Shown here one piece after another: positions 18,313 through 27,675 of a DNA stretch of 39,133 bases. The notes below the pieces were generated by a model. The model was not told the DNA's origin. It did no database searches and saw only the letters and a program-made list of their open reading frames with translations. The stretch's first letter is position 1. Every line of letters starts with the position of its first letter. Made by a program: the position numbers and the translations under genes. Source of the DNA: an uncultured bacterium (lineage in GTDB: Bacteria; JAGOEH01); NCBI GenBank assembly GCA_964632485.1, contig CAZWDO010000029.1, positions 1 through 39,133 of the forward strand. The letters run 5' to 3'.

Positions 18313-18339
18313 TAAAGCTTTTATAAATCTGGTCGATAC
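18313..18339 (+). promoter_or_regulatory. Sigma28 (FliA/SigD)-type promoter
   Basis: TAAAGCTT-N11-GTCGATAC compared with the consensus TAAAGTTT-N11-GCCGATAA. Spacing is exact and the site ends 46 nt upstream of ATG 18386. Confidence 0.65.
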
Positions 18340-18385
18340 TTTATAAACAAAGAACGGTTTTAAGATTATTTAATCGGATCTCATT

Positions 18386-18967
18386 ATGGTTATTAAATCT
18401 TTTATCAAATCAATTTCCAGTTATCATGTAATAAGTTCCAATGATAAAGCAGTAGAGGGTAATATTAAATCTGATCAGGAAAATGGTTTGAAGGCAACAG
18501 ATTTACAATTTAAGGATCAATGGCGGGATATGGTGGAATTGAAAGGGAGTTCAGGCGCTAATAAAGAGATCAGCAAGGAGGAACAGCAGGATACAGAGGA
18601 GCTTAAAAAGCGGGATGCGGAAGTAAAAGCCCACGAGAGCGCCCATCTCTCTGCTGCGGGGCCTTACGCTGTGAGTAAGGCGAATTATCAATATCAACGG
18701 GGAGCTGATGGGAAAATGTATGCTGTCGGCGGTGAAGTGAAAATTGATGTTTCACCGGAACCCACCCCTGAGGCTACGATTATGAAAATGCGTATTGTTC
18801 AGAGGGCCGCTCTGGCGCCGGCTAAACCCTCCGGCCAGGATCGGCGTGTGGCAGCTCAGGCTGCCGCTTTGTTGGCTCAGGCCCAACAAATGCTGAGCCG
18901 GGAAGAGATTGGTGGGGGGGATACGGAAAAACCGAACACTATTTTTTCGCTTGATATATTTGCATAA
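18386..18967 (+). CDS. SprA-related family protein (putative HExxH metalloprotein)
   Basis: ELKKRDAEVKAHESAH, Y.YQRG.DGK.YAVGGEV.ID and RAALAPA.PS.QD..VAA.A motifs. C-terminus ends LDIFA. Confidence 0.85.
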   Translation: MVIKSFIKSISSYHVISSNDKAVEGNIKSDQENGLKATDLQFKDQWRDMVELKGSSGANKEISKEEQQDTEELKKRDAEVKAHESAHLSAAGPYAVSKANYQYQRGADGKMYAVGGEVKIDVSPEPTPEATIMKMRIVQRAALAPAKPSGQDRRVAAQAAALLAQAQQMLSREEIGGGDTEKPNTIFSLDIFA

Positions 18968-19161
18968 AATAGTCGTATTGTACCTGAAAATCGCAAACAA
19001 TGATTAGATTTTACAGATAGGGTATCTCTATTTTATTAGGGGTTCCATGAACGAATGCAGTCGCCCTTCATTGTATTATTTTGCCGTTAGCCATTCAGAA
19101 TTTTTTTTTCCTTTACCCGCAATTGATTTCGTCTATCGGATACTATATTCTAAAAAAAATC

Positions 19162-19190
19162 TTGTATTTCATACAGTGTTGATATATATT
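19162..19190 (+). promoter_or_regulatory. Sigma70-type promoter with an overlapping inverted repeat (possible operator)
   Basis: TTGTAT (19162-19167), N17, TATATT (19185-19190). The palindrome TGTAT-TTC-ATACA (19163-19175) overlaps the -35 element. Confidence 0.55.
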
Positions 19191-19217
19191 GTATAGAATA
19201 TTAAATAAGGAGTAGGT

Positions 19218-20414
19218 GTGTTATTACCCATTGGTGATACCCCAAACCCAAGGAATTTCCGACCCTGGGTCAACTGGGCGCTGATTGCGCTTAATGTGTC
19301 GATTTACCTTTTTATCGCTTTTCCCCTTTCCATGCGGAACGTTGATCCGAATGACCCCCGGGTGGATGAATATATTGAACAGATTGCGCCGGAAAAAGTT
19401 TCACGTGCTGAGGCTTATGCTGTTTTTGCGCATTTGGACGAGTACCAGTTATTTGTATTTGAACACGGTTATAAACCGGTAGCAGGTGAGTGGTGGGATT
19501 TGTTTTTATCTCTGTTTCTTCATGCCGGTTTTTTGCATTTAGCAGGGAATATGCTTTTTCTTTGGATTTATGGCGATAATGTTGAATACCGGTTGGGCCG
19601 GATGGGTTATTTCTTAACCTATTTTGCCGGGGGGATGGTCGCTACCTGGTTTTTTGCACTTTTCAACCGGGATTCGGTCATTCCGCTGATTGGAGCCTCC
19701 GGCGCAATTTCTTCTGTTTTGGGTCTCTATTTTATCCTGTTTCCGAAAAACAAGGTAAAAGTGCTGGTTCTATGGTTTCCCTTTATTTTTAATACGTTGC
19801 TGATTAATGCCCGAATTGTGTTGATTGTATTTATTCTTTTTGAGAATTTATTGCCTTTATTGCTTAAAGCACACTCAAGTGTCGCCTTCGGCGCCCATTT
19901 GGGTGGTTTTTTATTTGGTCTGAGTTTTGGCTGGCTGGGAGAGCGGCTGGCCTGGAAATGGCCGTGGCAGGATCAGATATGGTGGCGCCATCAACTCAAT
20001 CAGATTATCCATGGGAAATTCAGCCCGGTGGAAGGGATTACTCAGGAGCTGAGGCAGGCATTGGATTCCAACCAATATGACTGGATTTTGAGATTCGTTC
20101 AAGATATTAACGATTCAACCATCCAACAGTTAAACGTTACAGATTGTATCCGACTGGCAGAATGGCTGGATCGGCAGGGAAACCATATTACTTCAATCCG
20201 TTTGCTTCGTCATTGCCTTAACTTGCATCCTCATGATCCTCTGCTGGCGGATGTTTATTTGACACTGGGGATATTGCGTATGCAGCAAGGAAATCCAAAC
20301 GTGGCGTATCAGTACCTTTTGAGCGTATTTGATTTCAATCCCTCCCCGGAAACAGCGCAAGCTGCCCGTACAGTTTTGCATCGCATCGAAGTGGGCAAGG
20401 TATATGAACGATAA
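19218..20414 (+). CDS. Rhomboid intramembrane serine protease with a C-terminal TPR-like helical domain
   Basis: FLHAGFLHLAGNMLFLWIYGDNVE, catalytic GASGAI (Ser) and AHLGGF (His). TPR-like HP...LADVYLTLG...QGN...AYQY. RBS AAGGAG with GTG start. Confidence 0.93.
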   Translation: MLLPIGDTPNPRNFRPWVNWALIALNVSIYLFIAFPLSMRNVDPNDPRVDEYIEQIAPEKVSRAEAYAVFAHLDEYQLFVFEHGYKPVAGEWWDLFLSLFLHAGFLHLAGNMLFLWIYGDNVEYRLGRMGYFLTYFAGGMVATWFFALFNRDSVIPLIGASGAISSVLGLYFILFPKNKVKVLVLWFPFIFNTLLINARIVLIVFILFENLLPLLLKAHSSVAFGAHLGGFLFGLSFGWLGERLAWKWPWQDQIWWRHQLNQIIHGKFSPVEGITQELRQALDSNQYDWILRFVQDINDSTIQQLNVTDCIRLAEWLDRQGNHITSIRLLRHCLNLHPHDPLLADVYLTLGILRMQQGNPNVAYQYLLSVFDFNPSPETAQAARTVLHRIEVGKVYER

Positions 20415-20808
20415 ATCAACACCGGATCTTATTCCGCTCGCCGGATCCCCTGTTTGCGCCGGCTTTCCATCCCCGGCTGATGATTATATAGAACAGTCCC
20501 TCGATTTGAATGAACACCTGATTCAACACCCAGCCGCGACCTTTTTTGTTAAAGCTATGGGCAATTCCATGATTGATGCTGGCATCCATAGTGGGGATAT
20601 ACTGATTGTCGATCGGGCGCTATCCCCGGTTCATAATAAAATAGTTGTCGCTATTCTTAATGGTGAATTTACGGTTAAGCGTCTTTGTCAACAAAATAGT
20701 AAAATTCGTCTCGTAGCGGAAAATCCTGATTATCCCACGATCCTTGTTTCCTCCGATATGGATTTTCAAATCTGGGGAGTGGTTACTTTTATCATTCACC
20801 GGGTTTAA
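20404..20808 (+). CDS. umuD: UmuD-like autoproteolytic S24 peptidase (Pol V accessory subunit)
   Basis: Cleavage motif CAGFPSPADDYIE, LDLNEHLI.HP.ATFF, Ser motif GNSM, Lys motif FTVKRL and IWGVVT. The likely start is ATG 20404, inside the rhomboid 3' end, rather than 20329. Confidence 0.92.
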   Translation: MNDKSTPDLIPLAGSPVCAGFPSPADDYIEQSLDLNEHLIQHPAATFFVKAMGNSMIDAGIHSGDILIVDRALSPVHNKIVVAILNGEFTVKRLCQQNSKIRLVAENPDYPTILVSSDMDFQIWGVVTFIIHRV

Positions 20809-20827
20809 TGAGAGCCCGCTTTTGTCT

Positions 20828-23800
20828 CTATATAAAATGGATAATGATAAACGTCTGATCATCGCTCTGGCGGGAGGAAAACTGAACGATTTTTTTGGTC
20901 AGTTGTGTATTGATTGGGATCGATTGATCATTAAGTTCAATGATCTCCTGGAAGAGCTTGATTAATCCTTCCGGCTGCAATTGTTCTCCCAGGCTGTTTT
21001 TTACTTCTGTTATCCCGTCAGTATAAAGCAATAAATAATCATTTTTTTCATAACTGCACTGTTGGTGTCGTAGAATCATGGGGTGAATAAATCCTAAAGG
21101 CGCCATGTGATTTTTAATTTCTTCTATCGTATGTGTTTTGTGGCGATAATGAATCGCTGAGGGATGACCTGCGGAATAAACTTCAAAATTTTTAGTGGGG
21201 ATATGAATTTGAGCGACTACCAGTGTGGCATAATATTTTTCAATATACTTTTTATAAACTACCTGATTAAGTTCAAACAAAAATTTTTCCACGGTTAGGT
21301 GTTGTTGCAAGGTTAAATCGATAATGCCTTTAAGGTGCGCCATATTGAGAGAAGCTTCCAGACCGTGGCCGGAAATATCGCCTAAAAGAACAAGCAATTC
21401 ATCCTCGTCACGCCAGATAATTTCATAAAAATCGCCACCTGCTACAAAGCTGGGTCGATATTCGATAAAAAAATCGAGATGCTCATTACCGGTCGGAATG
21501 ATAGGCAACATCAGTTGTTGCATTTTTTTGGCGGCGCTTAGTTCCGCTTCGATTCTATTTTTCTTCAAACGCTCGTTCAGCCAGCGTCGAATGACGATAA
21601 AACCAATCATCCCAAGGCTAAAAACGATCAATACTTGATAGTACCATTTTTCCCAAAAGGGACGGTCAATGACAAATTCCATTTGCCACTGCTTGCTGGA
21701 TTGAACAAAATGATTTGCTTCTAGGTTGACCCTAATACGGTACCGCCCCGGGCCAATGCCGAACAATTGGATCTGGTCCTTTCGGTTACTTTCCAGCCAG
21801 GGTTGGTCATTAATGGAGTAGTAAAGTTGGTAGGGTCCCTGATAGCTCTGTATTGTAAAAAAGAACAAAAAGTTTTTATAACCCGGGGAAACTGTTTGAA
21901 GTTGGTAATGCACTTCATTATCCGGCATAATTAAAACCGAATCGAACCTGAAATCGGGTTGAATGAAAATATTCGCGATCGGTTGCCGGTTGAATTGGGT
22001 CAGCCCCTTATCCAGAAGAAAAATTGTCTGGTTGGTTTTCGTTTGCCAATGATAATAATGATGAGCGCCTGAAATAACCTCCGAGTTTAATAAGAGGCTT
22101 TTATTATGTTGATTGGGGTTGACATATAATACTCCCTGGTTTGTTTGTAAATAAAGGGAATCAATAATTGAAAGGAATTGATAATCCGCAAAGGGAGAGA
22201 GAATGCGTTTTACCTGGCTAATTTGGGTTCCATCCCAACTGGTCCGATAATATCCCTTTTTTGTAATAAAAAAAAATGAGGTGTCTTGTATTTTTTGGTC
22301 TAATACTGGTTCCGGGGCAATCCCGCACGGAATCATTTGTCCCATTGAGTTGAATCTGTAAAAATCAGTTCCGCTATTTAGGATAAATGAACTACTATCA
22401 TTTTCCTGGTACGTGAAATGAAGATGATTACCATTTCCAGAGTTGATAATAGTATCGCAATTGATTTGATACGAATTCTCGCGATAACACCAGGCGATGG
22501 TATCGGCCATCAGAATAAAAATTGAATCCCGAATTGCATATAATTTAAGCGATTCCAGTTGACTGGCGAATTTAAGATTGGGGAGTGGCACTGTAAGCGG
22601 CTTGAGTTCCCGGGTATCTAATTTTAGAATCTGTAAGCTGAACAGATTATCGGAACATAAAAATAATCCATTACGATTTTGCGCGGGATAAATAAGTTTA
22701 ATCTCTTCAAGGTTAAATGCGCTATTAATAGGTATTAAACGATTATCCGGATTGCTGTAAATAGATTTAGCGCCGACAAAAAAATGATTGGGATCTATAT
22801 ATAAGAGTGGCTCACGGAATGGATTTTTAATCCGAAACATCTGTCGGGCCGGAATGTCAATGATAAAGAGATAATTGGTATCGTTATGAGAAATATAATA
22901 TTTCCCCATATAATTCACTATCTGGGGTTTGCATTCTGTTTCTTTTTCAATCAGGCATGTATTCCCTGTTTTTTTATCATATACTAAAAGATGATGCTGA
23001 TGGATAAAGAAAAGATGATCGTTAAAAATAAATTGATTAGTAAAATAATTCGTTGCGTTCCCAATTTGGAATTGCTTGCTTATTAAACCCTGCCAGTTGT
23101 TCATATTTAAATTTATAAGTTGTTTTTTGTTGAAATCAATCGGGATGTAGTGCATTAATTGATTGTTTTTAAATTCCAGTAGCGATCGTTTTAGTATGGC
23201 AATCCAATGATCCGTGCCTAATTGAACAATTGGAGCTTTGATTTTGATGGTTTGGTCAAGGGAATATTGACGAATATCGAGAAAAGGCCAGAAAAAAAAA
23301 CCATTATCCGTTGTTGCGTAAAGAATTTTTTGGGCGCTAAAAAAAAGATTGTTAATACTATGCCCTGCTTTATTAATATCAGAAAGAGGCAGTAATTCCT
23401 GATGACCAATTAAAAACAATTGGTTTTCCGCCAGAATGATAAACTGATTGTTTTCCAACGGAACTATTTTAGATATAAAAAATGGTATAGCAGTTTTAAA
23501 CATTGGGATTAATGAGTCGTTTTCAATTTGGTAAACCATTTGATTTTTTGACCCGTAAAGCTTTTCTCCCCCGGGGGCTAAGAATGGCAGGTGAGTCGGC
23601 AGCTCTTCTAACCGGTTTTGATACCAGCGAAAATTGAAGTTTTTATAAGTAATAAAATATATTCCGCCATCCCATTCAAAATAATGGCGGATCGCTAAGG
23701 GTGTTTCTTTTTCAGTCAATATTTTGTAGGTATTGTCTTTGCGCTGGTAAAGATAAAGCCGATTTTTTTGAGCGAAAAGAAGTTGCTGATTCGGTAAAAA

Positions 23801-24205
23801 AATCACTTTACTATTCTTCGCGAATTTGATAAAATGGTTATTCCCCAGGTCCTCTACAATCAACTGATGGGAATTATAGTGATAGATTGTATCCGTTGTA
23901 ACAAAATAGATTGAATCGTTTTCATCCCTGCATATTTGCAGTATTTCCTTGTTGATATTGATATTCAAATCGAATAATTGGGTGCCATCAAACCGAAATA
24001 CTTTGGAAGGAGTGCCTACTGTTGCTATATATATATCGTTTCTGATTTCAGCTATTGCGGAAATATTGGGAGAACTTTCCGGGGGAAACTGATTGAAATA
24101 ACTATATTTGTATTCACCTGGAATGGTGTCAATTCGTATATAACTCTGTGCGTAAAGCAGTAAGGGTAAGAATATCAGCAGATAACAGATGCGGTATTTA
24201 GTCAT
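20828..24205 (-). CDS. Sensor-linked SpoIIE/RsbU-type PP2C phosphatase (signal peptide, large beta-propeller-like periplasmic region, Y_Y_Y-like domain, TM, PP2C)
   Basis: P.W..W.Y followed by a TM helix. EL.AAKKMQQ.MLP, VAGGDFY, GDISGHG, SAGHP, LYTDGITE and SDDQT. Confidence 0.88.
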   Translation of the reverse strand: MTKYRICYLLIFLPLLLYAQSYIRIDTIPGEYKYSYFNQFPPESSPNISAIAEIRNDIYIATVGTPSKVFRFDGTQLFDLNININKEILQICRDENDSIYFVTTDTIYHYNSHQLIVEDLGNNHFIKFAKNSKVIFLPNQQLLFAQKNRLYLYQRKDNTYKILTEKETPLAIRHYFEWDGGIYFITYKNFNFRWYQNRLEELPTHLPFLAPGGEKLYGSKNQMVYQIENDSLIPMFKTAIPFFISKIVPLENNQFIILAENQLFLIGHQELLPLSDINKAGHSINNLFFSAQKILYATTDNGFFFWPFLDIRQYSLDQTIKIKAPIVQLGTDHWIAILKRSLLEFKNNQLMHYIPIDFNKKQLINLNMNNWQGLISKQFQIGNATNYFTNQFIFNDHLFFIHQHHLLVYDKKTGNTCLIEKETECKPQIVNYMGKYYISHNDTNYLFIIDIPARQMFRIKNPFREPLLYIDPNHFFVGAKSIYSNPDNRLIPINSAFNLEEIKLIYPAQNRNGLFLCSDNLFSLQILKLDTRELKPLTVPLPNLKFASQLESLKLYAIRDSIFILMADTIAWCYRENSYQINCDTIINSGNGNHLHFTYQENDSSSFILNSGTDFYRFNSMGQMIPCGIAPEPVLDQKIQDTSFFFITKKGYYRTSWDGTQISQVKRILSPFADYQFLSIIDSLYLQTNQGVLYVNPNQHNKSLLLNSEVISGAHHYYHWQTKTNQTIFLLDKGLTQFNRQPIANIFIQPDFRFDSVLIMPDNEVHYQLQTVSPGYKNFLFFFTIQSYQGPYQLYYSINDQPWLESNRKDQIQLFGIGPGRYRIRVNLEANHFVQSSKQWQMEFVIDRPFWEKWYYQVLIVFSLGMIGFIVIRRWLNERLKKNRIEAELSAAKKMQQLMLPIIPTGNEHLDFFIEYRPSFVAGGDFYEIIWRDEDELLVLLGDISGHGLEASLNMAHLKGIIDLTLQQHLTVEKFLFELNQVVYKKYIEKYYATLVVAQIHIPTKNFEVYSAGHPSAIHYRHKTHTIEEIKNHMAPLGFIHPMILRHQQCSYEKNDYLLLYTDGITEVKNSLGEQLQPEGLIKLFQEIIELNDQSIPINTQLTKKIVQFSSRQSDDQTFIIIHFI

Positions 24206-24797
24206 TTTTAGGGTTTTGATTAAAATGATGACAGTTTATTTTGAATTGATGCAGCTTGAATGCTTTGTCAGTCAGAGTACAATAGCCAAAAGGAGTTCCG
24301 CTGGAATCATGCATAATGTTGCAATTGCGGCATGCCAAACAAATATGAAGTTTCTGGATCACTCCGTGTTTGTACATTAAAAGCAGAATTTCTGTGAGGA
24401 ATTCGGCGATAATCTGTTTTTTATCGTCCTGCAAATGGGAGATGGTTTCCTTAATCAAGGCCATCCCGGATTGAATAGTATCAAGTTTCTCTCTTCCCAG
24501 TTCTGTTAAGGCAAAATAGATTTGGCGTCGATCCACGGGAGAAACGTGACGGGTAAGAATACTTTTTTTTTCCAGATTCTGAATTGATTCGCTTACGGTC
24601 GATTTTTTTAAATTGAATTCCCGGGCTAGATGAGTGATTGTGTTCCATTCATGGGGCATACGCGCAATTGTTTCAATAAATTGAATCTGAATGGGACTGA
24701 TCTGTTCCAACTTAGTGATATCCCATTGCAAAACCCGGTTAATCTGGCAGATTTTTTCGATTCCAAAAAGGATTTTTTCGGTAAATTCATTATTCAT
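24198..24797 (-). CDS. MarR-family regulator with a C-terminal Cys-rich extension
   Basis: wHTH LAREFNLKKSTVSESIQNLEKK...DRRQIYFALTELG. C-terminal CLACRNC...YC...NCHH. Confidence 0.88.
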   Translation of the reverse strand: MNNEFTEKILFGIEKICQINRVLQWDITKLEQISPIQIQFIETIARMPHEWNTITHLAREFNLKKSTVSESIQNLEKKSILTRHVSPVDRRQIYFALTELGREKLDTIQSGMALIKETISHLQDDKKQIIAEFLTEILLLMYKHGVIQKLHICLACRNCNIMHDSSGTPFGYCTLTDKAFKLHQFKINCHHFNQNPKND

Positions 24798-24837
24798 GAC
24801 AATCCCGGTGATTTGTTAGCATGAGTAAATCAGCCGT

Positions 24838-27675
24838 TCAGCTTGTTGCCGGTAGGAGAGGTTGGAGGAAATAGCCGGTATAGGATTGCGGGTTCCGAGT
24901 AATTTCTTCGGGCGTACCTTTTGCGATGATAGTACCCCCGCGGTCTCCTCCCTCAGGTCCCAGGTCAATGATATAATCAACTGTTTTAATGACATCCAGA
25001 TTATGCTCAATCACAATTACTGTATTTCCTTTATCGACCAGACGGTTAAGGACTTCCAGCAAGTAGCGGATATCTTCCAGGTGCAGCCCAGTGGTCGGTT
25101 CGTCCAGAATATAAAGAGTACGTCCAGTGGCGCGCTTGGAAAGTTCAGTTGCCAGTTTAACCCGTTGCGCTTCCCCGCCGGAAAGCGTTGTTGCCTGCTG
25201 GCCCAGATGGATATAACCCAGTCCGACGTCCATCAGGGTTTGCATTTTATTTTTAATAGAAGGGATATTTTCAAAAAATTCATAAGCTTCCCGTACGGTC
25301 ATGTCCAACGCATCAGCGATCGTTTTTCCATTGTATTTAACTTCGAGGGTCTCGCGGTTATAGCGTTTACCCTTACAGGTTTCGCATTGAATGTAAATAT
25401 CGGGCAGGAAGTGCATTTCGATTTTTATTATACCGTCACCGCTACACGCTTCGCATCGACCGCCCTTGACGTTGAAACTGAATCGACCGGCTTTGTAGCC
25501 GCGCATTTTAGATTCGGGTAAGCGACTGAACAAATCGCGGATAAAAGTAAAGACTCCTGTGTATGTGGCGGGATTTGATCGAGGAGTTCGTCCAATTGGA
25601 GACTGATCTACGTTGATCACTTTATCTAAATACTCCAGGCCAATAATGCGATCATGATCAAGGCAAGTGATATTGCTGTGATAAAGCTTACGCGCCAAGG
25701 CCGGATAAAGTGTTTCATTGATCAGAGTGCTTTTACCTGAACCGGAAACCCCGGTAATGCCTATCAGAAGTCCGAGTGGAAAATTCGCATCGATATTTTT
25801 CAGATTGTTACCGCAGGCGCCTTTGATTTCAATCGATTTTTTTCCGGCATCCCGGCGTTGCGCAGGCACTTCAATGGATTTGCGCCCGCTGAGATAAGCT
25901 CCGGTCAGTGATTGCTCATGGCTGGCGATTTCTTCAGGAGTTCCGGCGGCAATCACTTCTCCTCCCTCAATCCCCGCTTTTGGCCCCAGATCAAGTACGT
26001 AATCAGCCTTGCGAATTGTGTCGAGGTCATGTTCCACTACCAGTATTGTATTCCCCAGATCCCTTAATCTGATCAAGGTTTGAATTAATCGCTCATTATC
26101 CCGTTGATGAAGACCGATGCTGGGTTCATCCAGTATATATAAAACGCCCATCAATTGTGAACCGATTTGTGTTGCCAATCGAATCCGTTGAGCTTCTCCG
26201 CCGGAAAGCGTATATGCCGTCCGTTCAAGAGTCAGATAATCGAGTCCCACATTATTAAGAAATGTAAGGCGTTCCTTGATCTCTTTGATGATTTGATGAG
26301 AAATCTCCCGTTCCATATTATTTAATTCGAGTTCTGAAAAAAAAGTAAGCGCTTGAATAATTGACATGTGGGTGATATCAGCTATCGTCTTCCCGTCAAT
26401 GCGAATGGCTAATGCTTCCTGCTTGAGGCGTTGACCTTTACATGTCGGACACGATTGCGAACTCATGAAGGTCTCAATCCACTCCCGGATCGCTTCTGAA
26501 TCAGTTTGTTTGTAGCGGCGCATCAGATTGTTGCATAATCCCTCGAACTGGTTGAAACTCTCCCAAACTCCGCGGCCTTCTGAATGGTGAATCGAAATTT
26601 TTATGGGCTCTTTTGTGCCGTAAAAAATGAGGTGTCTGACATGCTCCGCCAGTTCGCGGAAAGGGATATCGAGATTGAATCTGTAATGGCGCGCTAATGA
26701 CTGGATGATCTGCATATAATAAGTTCCCTGAAGATTGACCGACGTGATTGCGCCATCGAGAATCGAAATATCCGGGTTCGGAACGATCAATTCCGGATCG
26801 ATTTCAAGCTTTGTTCCCAGTCCTGAACATTCCGGACAGGCGCCATAGGGGGAGTTGAATGAAAAAAGGCGGGGTTCGATTTCTTCATAGGAGATGCCGC
26901 AAGTGGGACAGGATAGTTTCTCACTAAATAATAGTTCATTGGGATCATCTTCGCGGAGGATAACAACTAATCCATCGCTCTGCGACAAAGCTGTTTCCAG
27001 AGAATCAGTCAATCGCTGTTTGATAGTGGGTCCGGTTTTTAACCGATCGATCACGGCTTCGATATTATGCTTTTTATTTTTATCCAGCTTGATTTCATCT
27101 TCCAACTGGTAGTGTTGTCCATTGATTCGTACTCTGACAAACCCTTGCTTTTGAAGGTTTGCCAAGAGATGCTGGTGTTCTCCCTTACGGCCTCTGATCA
27201 GGGGAGCTAATACCTGGAAACGGGTATCGGATGGCCAACTCAATATAGTATCTGTCATTTGTTGGACTGTTTGGGATTGAATGGGACGGCCGCAGGAATA
27301 ACAATAGGGTTTTCCAACCCGCGCGAAAAGTAAGCGTAAATAATCATAGATTTCCGTAATGGTGCCCACGGTGGAACGGGGATTGCGAGACGTGGTTTTC
27401 TGTTCGATGGAAATTGCGGGAGAAAGCCCTTCAATTGCATCGACATCGGGTTTTTCCATCAATCCCAGAAATTGCCGGGCGTAAGCGGAAAGGGATTCCA
27501 CATAACGCCGTTGGCCCTCAGCATAGATTGTATCAAATGCCAGTGATGATTTTCCACTGCCAGACAGTCCGGTAATTACCACTAAACTGTCTCGTGGAAT
27601 CGAAATGCTGATGTTTTTCAAATTATGTTCACGGGCGCCACGAACAATTAATTGATCATGTGTAATCTTAGACAA
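24838..27675 (-). CDS. uvrA: Excinuclease ABC subunit A
   Basis: [38 protein letters not shown], two LSGGEAQR signatures and CxxC zinc motifs. The likely start is TTG 27675 with GGAG 7 nt upstream; the ORF track start at 27720 overlaps the upstream gene too far. Confidence 0.98.
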   Translation of the reverse strand: MSKITHDQLIVRGAREHNLKNISISIPRDSLVVITGLSGSGKSSLAFDTIYAEGQRRYVESLSAYARQFLGLMEKPDVDAIEGLSPAISIEQKTTSRNPRSTVGTITEIYDYLRLLFARVGKPYCYSCGRPIQSQTVQQMTDTILSWPSDTRFQVLAPLIRGRKGEHQHLLANLQKQGFVRVRINGQHYQLEDEIKLDKNKKHNIEAVIDRLKTGPTIKQRLTDSLETALSQSDGLVVILREDDPNELLFSEKLSCPTCGISYEEIEPRLFSFNSPYGACPECSGLGTKLEIDPELIVPNPDISILDGAITSVNLQGTYYMQIIQSLARHYRFNLDIPFRELAEHVRHLIFYGTKEPIKISIHHSEGRGVWESFNQFEGLCNNLMRRYKQTDSEAIREWIETFMSSQSCPTCKGQRLKQEALAIRIDGKTIADITHMSIIQALTFFSELELNNMEREISHQIIKEIKERLTFLNNVGLDYLTLERTAYTLSGGEAQRIRLATQIGSQLMGVLYILDEPSIGLHQRDNERLIQTLIRLRDLGNTILVVEHDLDTIRKADYVLDLGPKAGIEGGEVIAAGTPEEIASHEQSLTGAYLSGRKSIEVPAQRRDAGKKSIEIKGACGNNLKNIDANFPLGLLIGITGVSGSGKSTLINETLYPALARKLYHSNITCLDHDRIIGLEYLDKVINVDQSPIGRTPRSNPATYTGVFTFIRDLFSRLPESKMRGYKAGRFSFNVKGGRCEACSGDGIIKIEMHFLPDIYIQCETCKGKRYNRETLEVKYNGKTIADALDMTVREAYEFFENIPSIKNKMQTLMDVGLGYIHLGQQATTLSGGEAQRVKLATELSKRATGRTLYILDEPTTGLHLEDIRYLLEVLNRLVDKGNTVIVIEHNLDVIKTVDYIIDLGPEGGDRGGTIIAKGTPEEITRNPQSYTGYFLQPLLPATS

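Noticed and set aside
19020-19046. Weak hairpin after the SprA-related gene as a terminator
   Set aside because: The stem is imperfect and has no adjacent U-tract.
20329-20403. N-terminal extension of umuD in the ORF track (possible LexA/UmuDAb-like repressor)
   Set aside because: It lies inside the rhomboid CDS, starts at TTG and has no HTH. ATG 20404 gives a normal UmuD length.
20808-20858. Short ORF MRARFCLYIKWIMINV after umuD as an umuC fragment
   Set aside because: It lacks the Y-family D.N.FYASCE motif and mostly overlaps the convergent gene.
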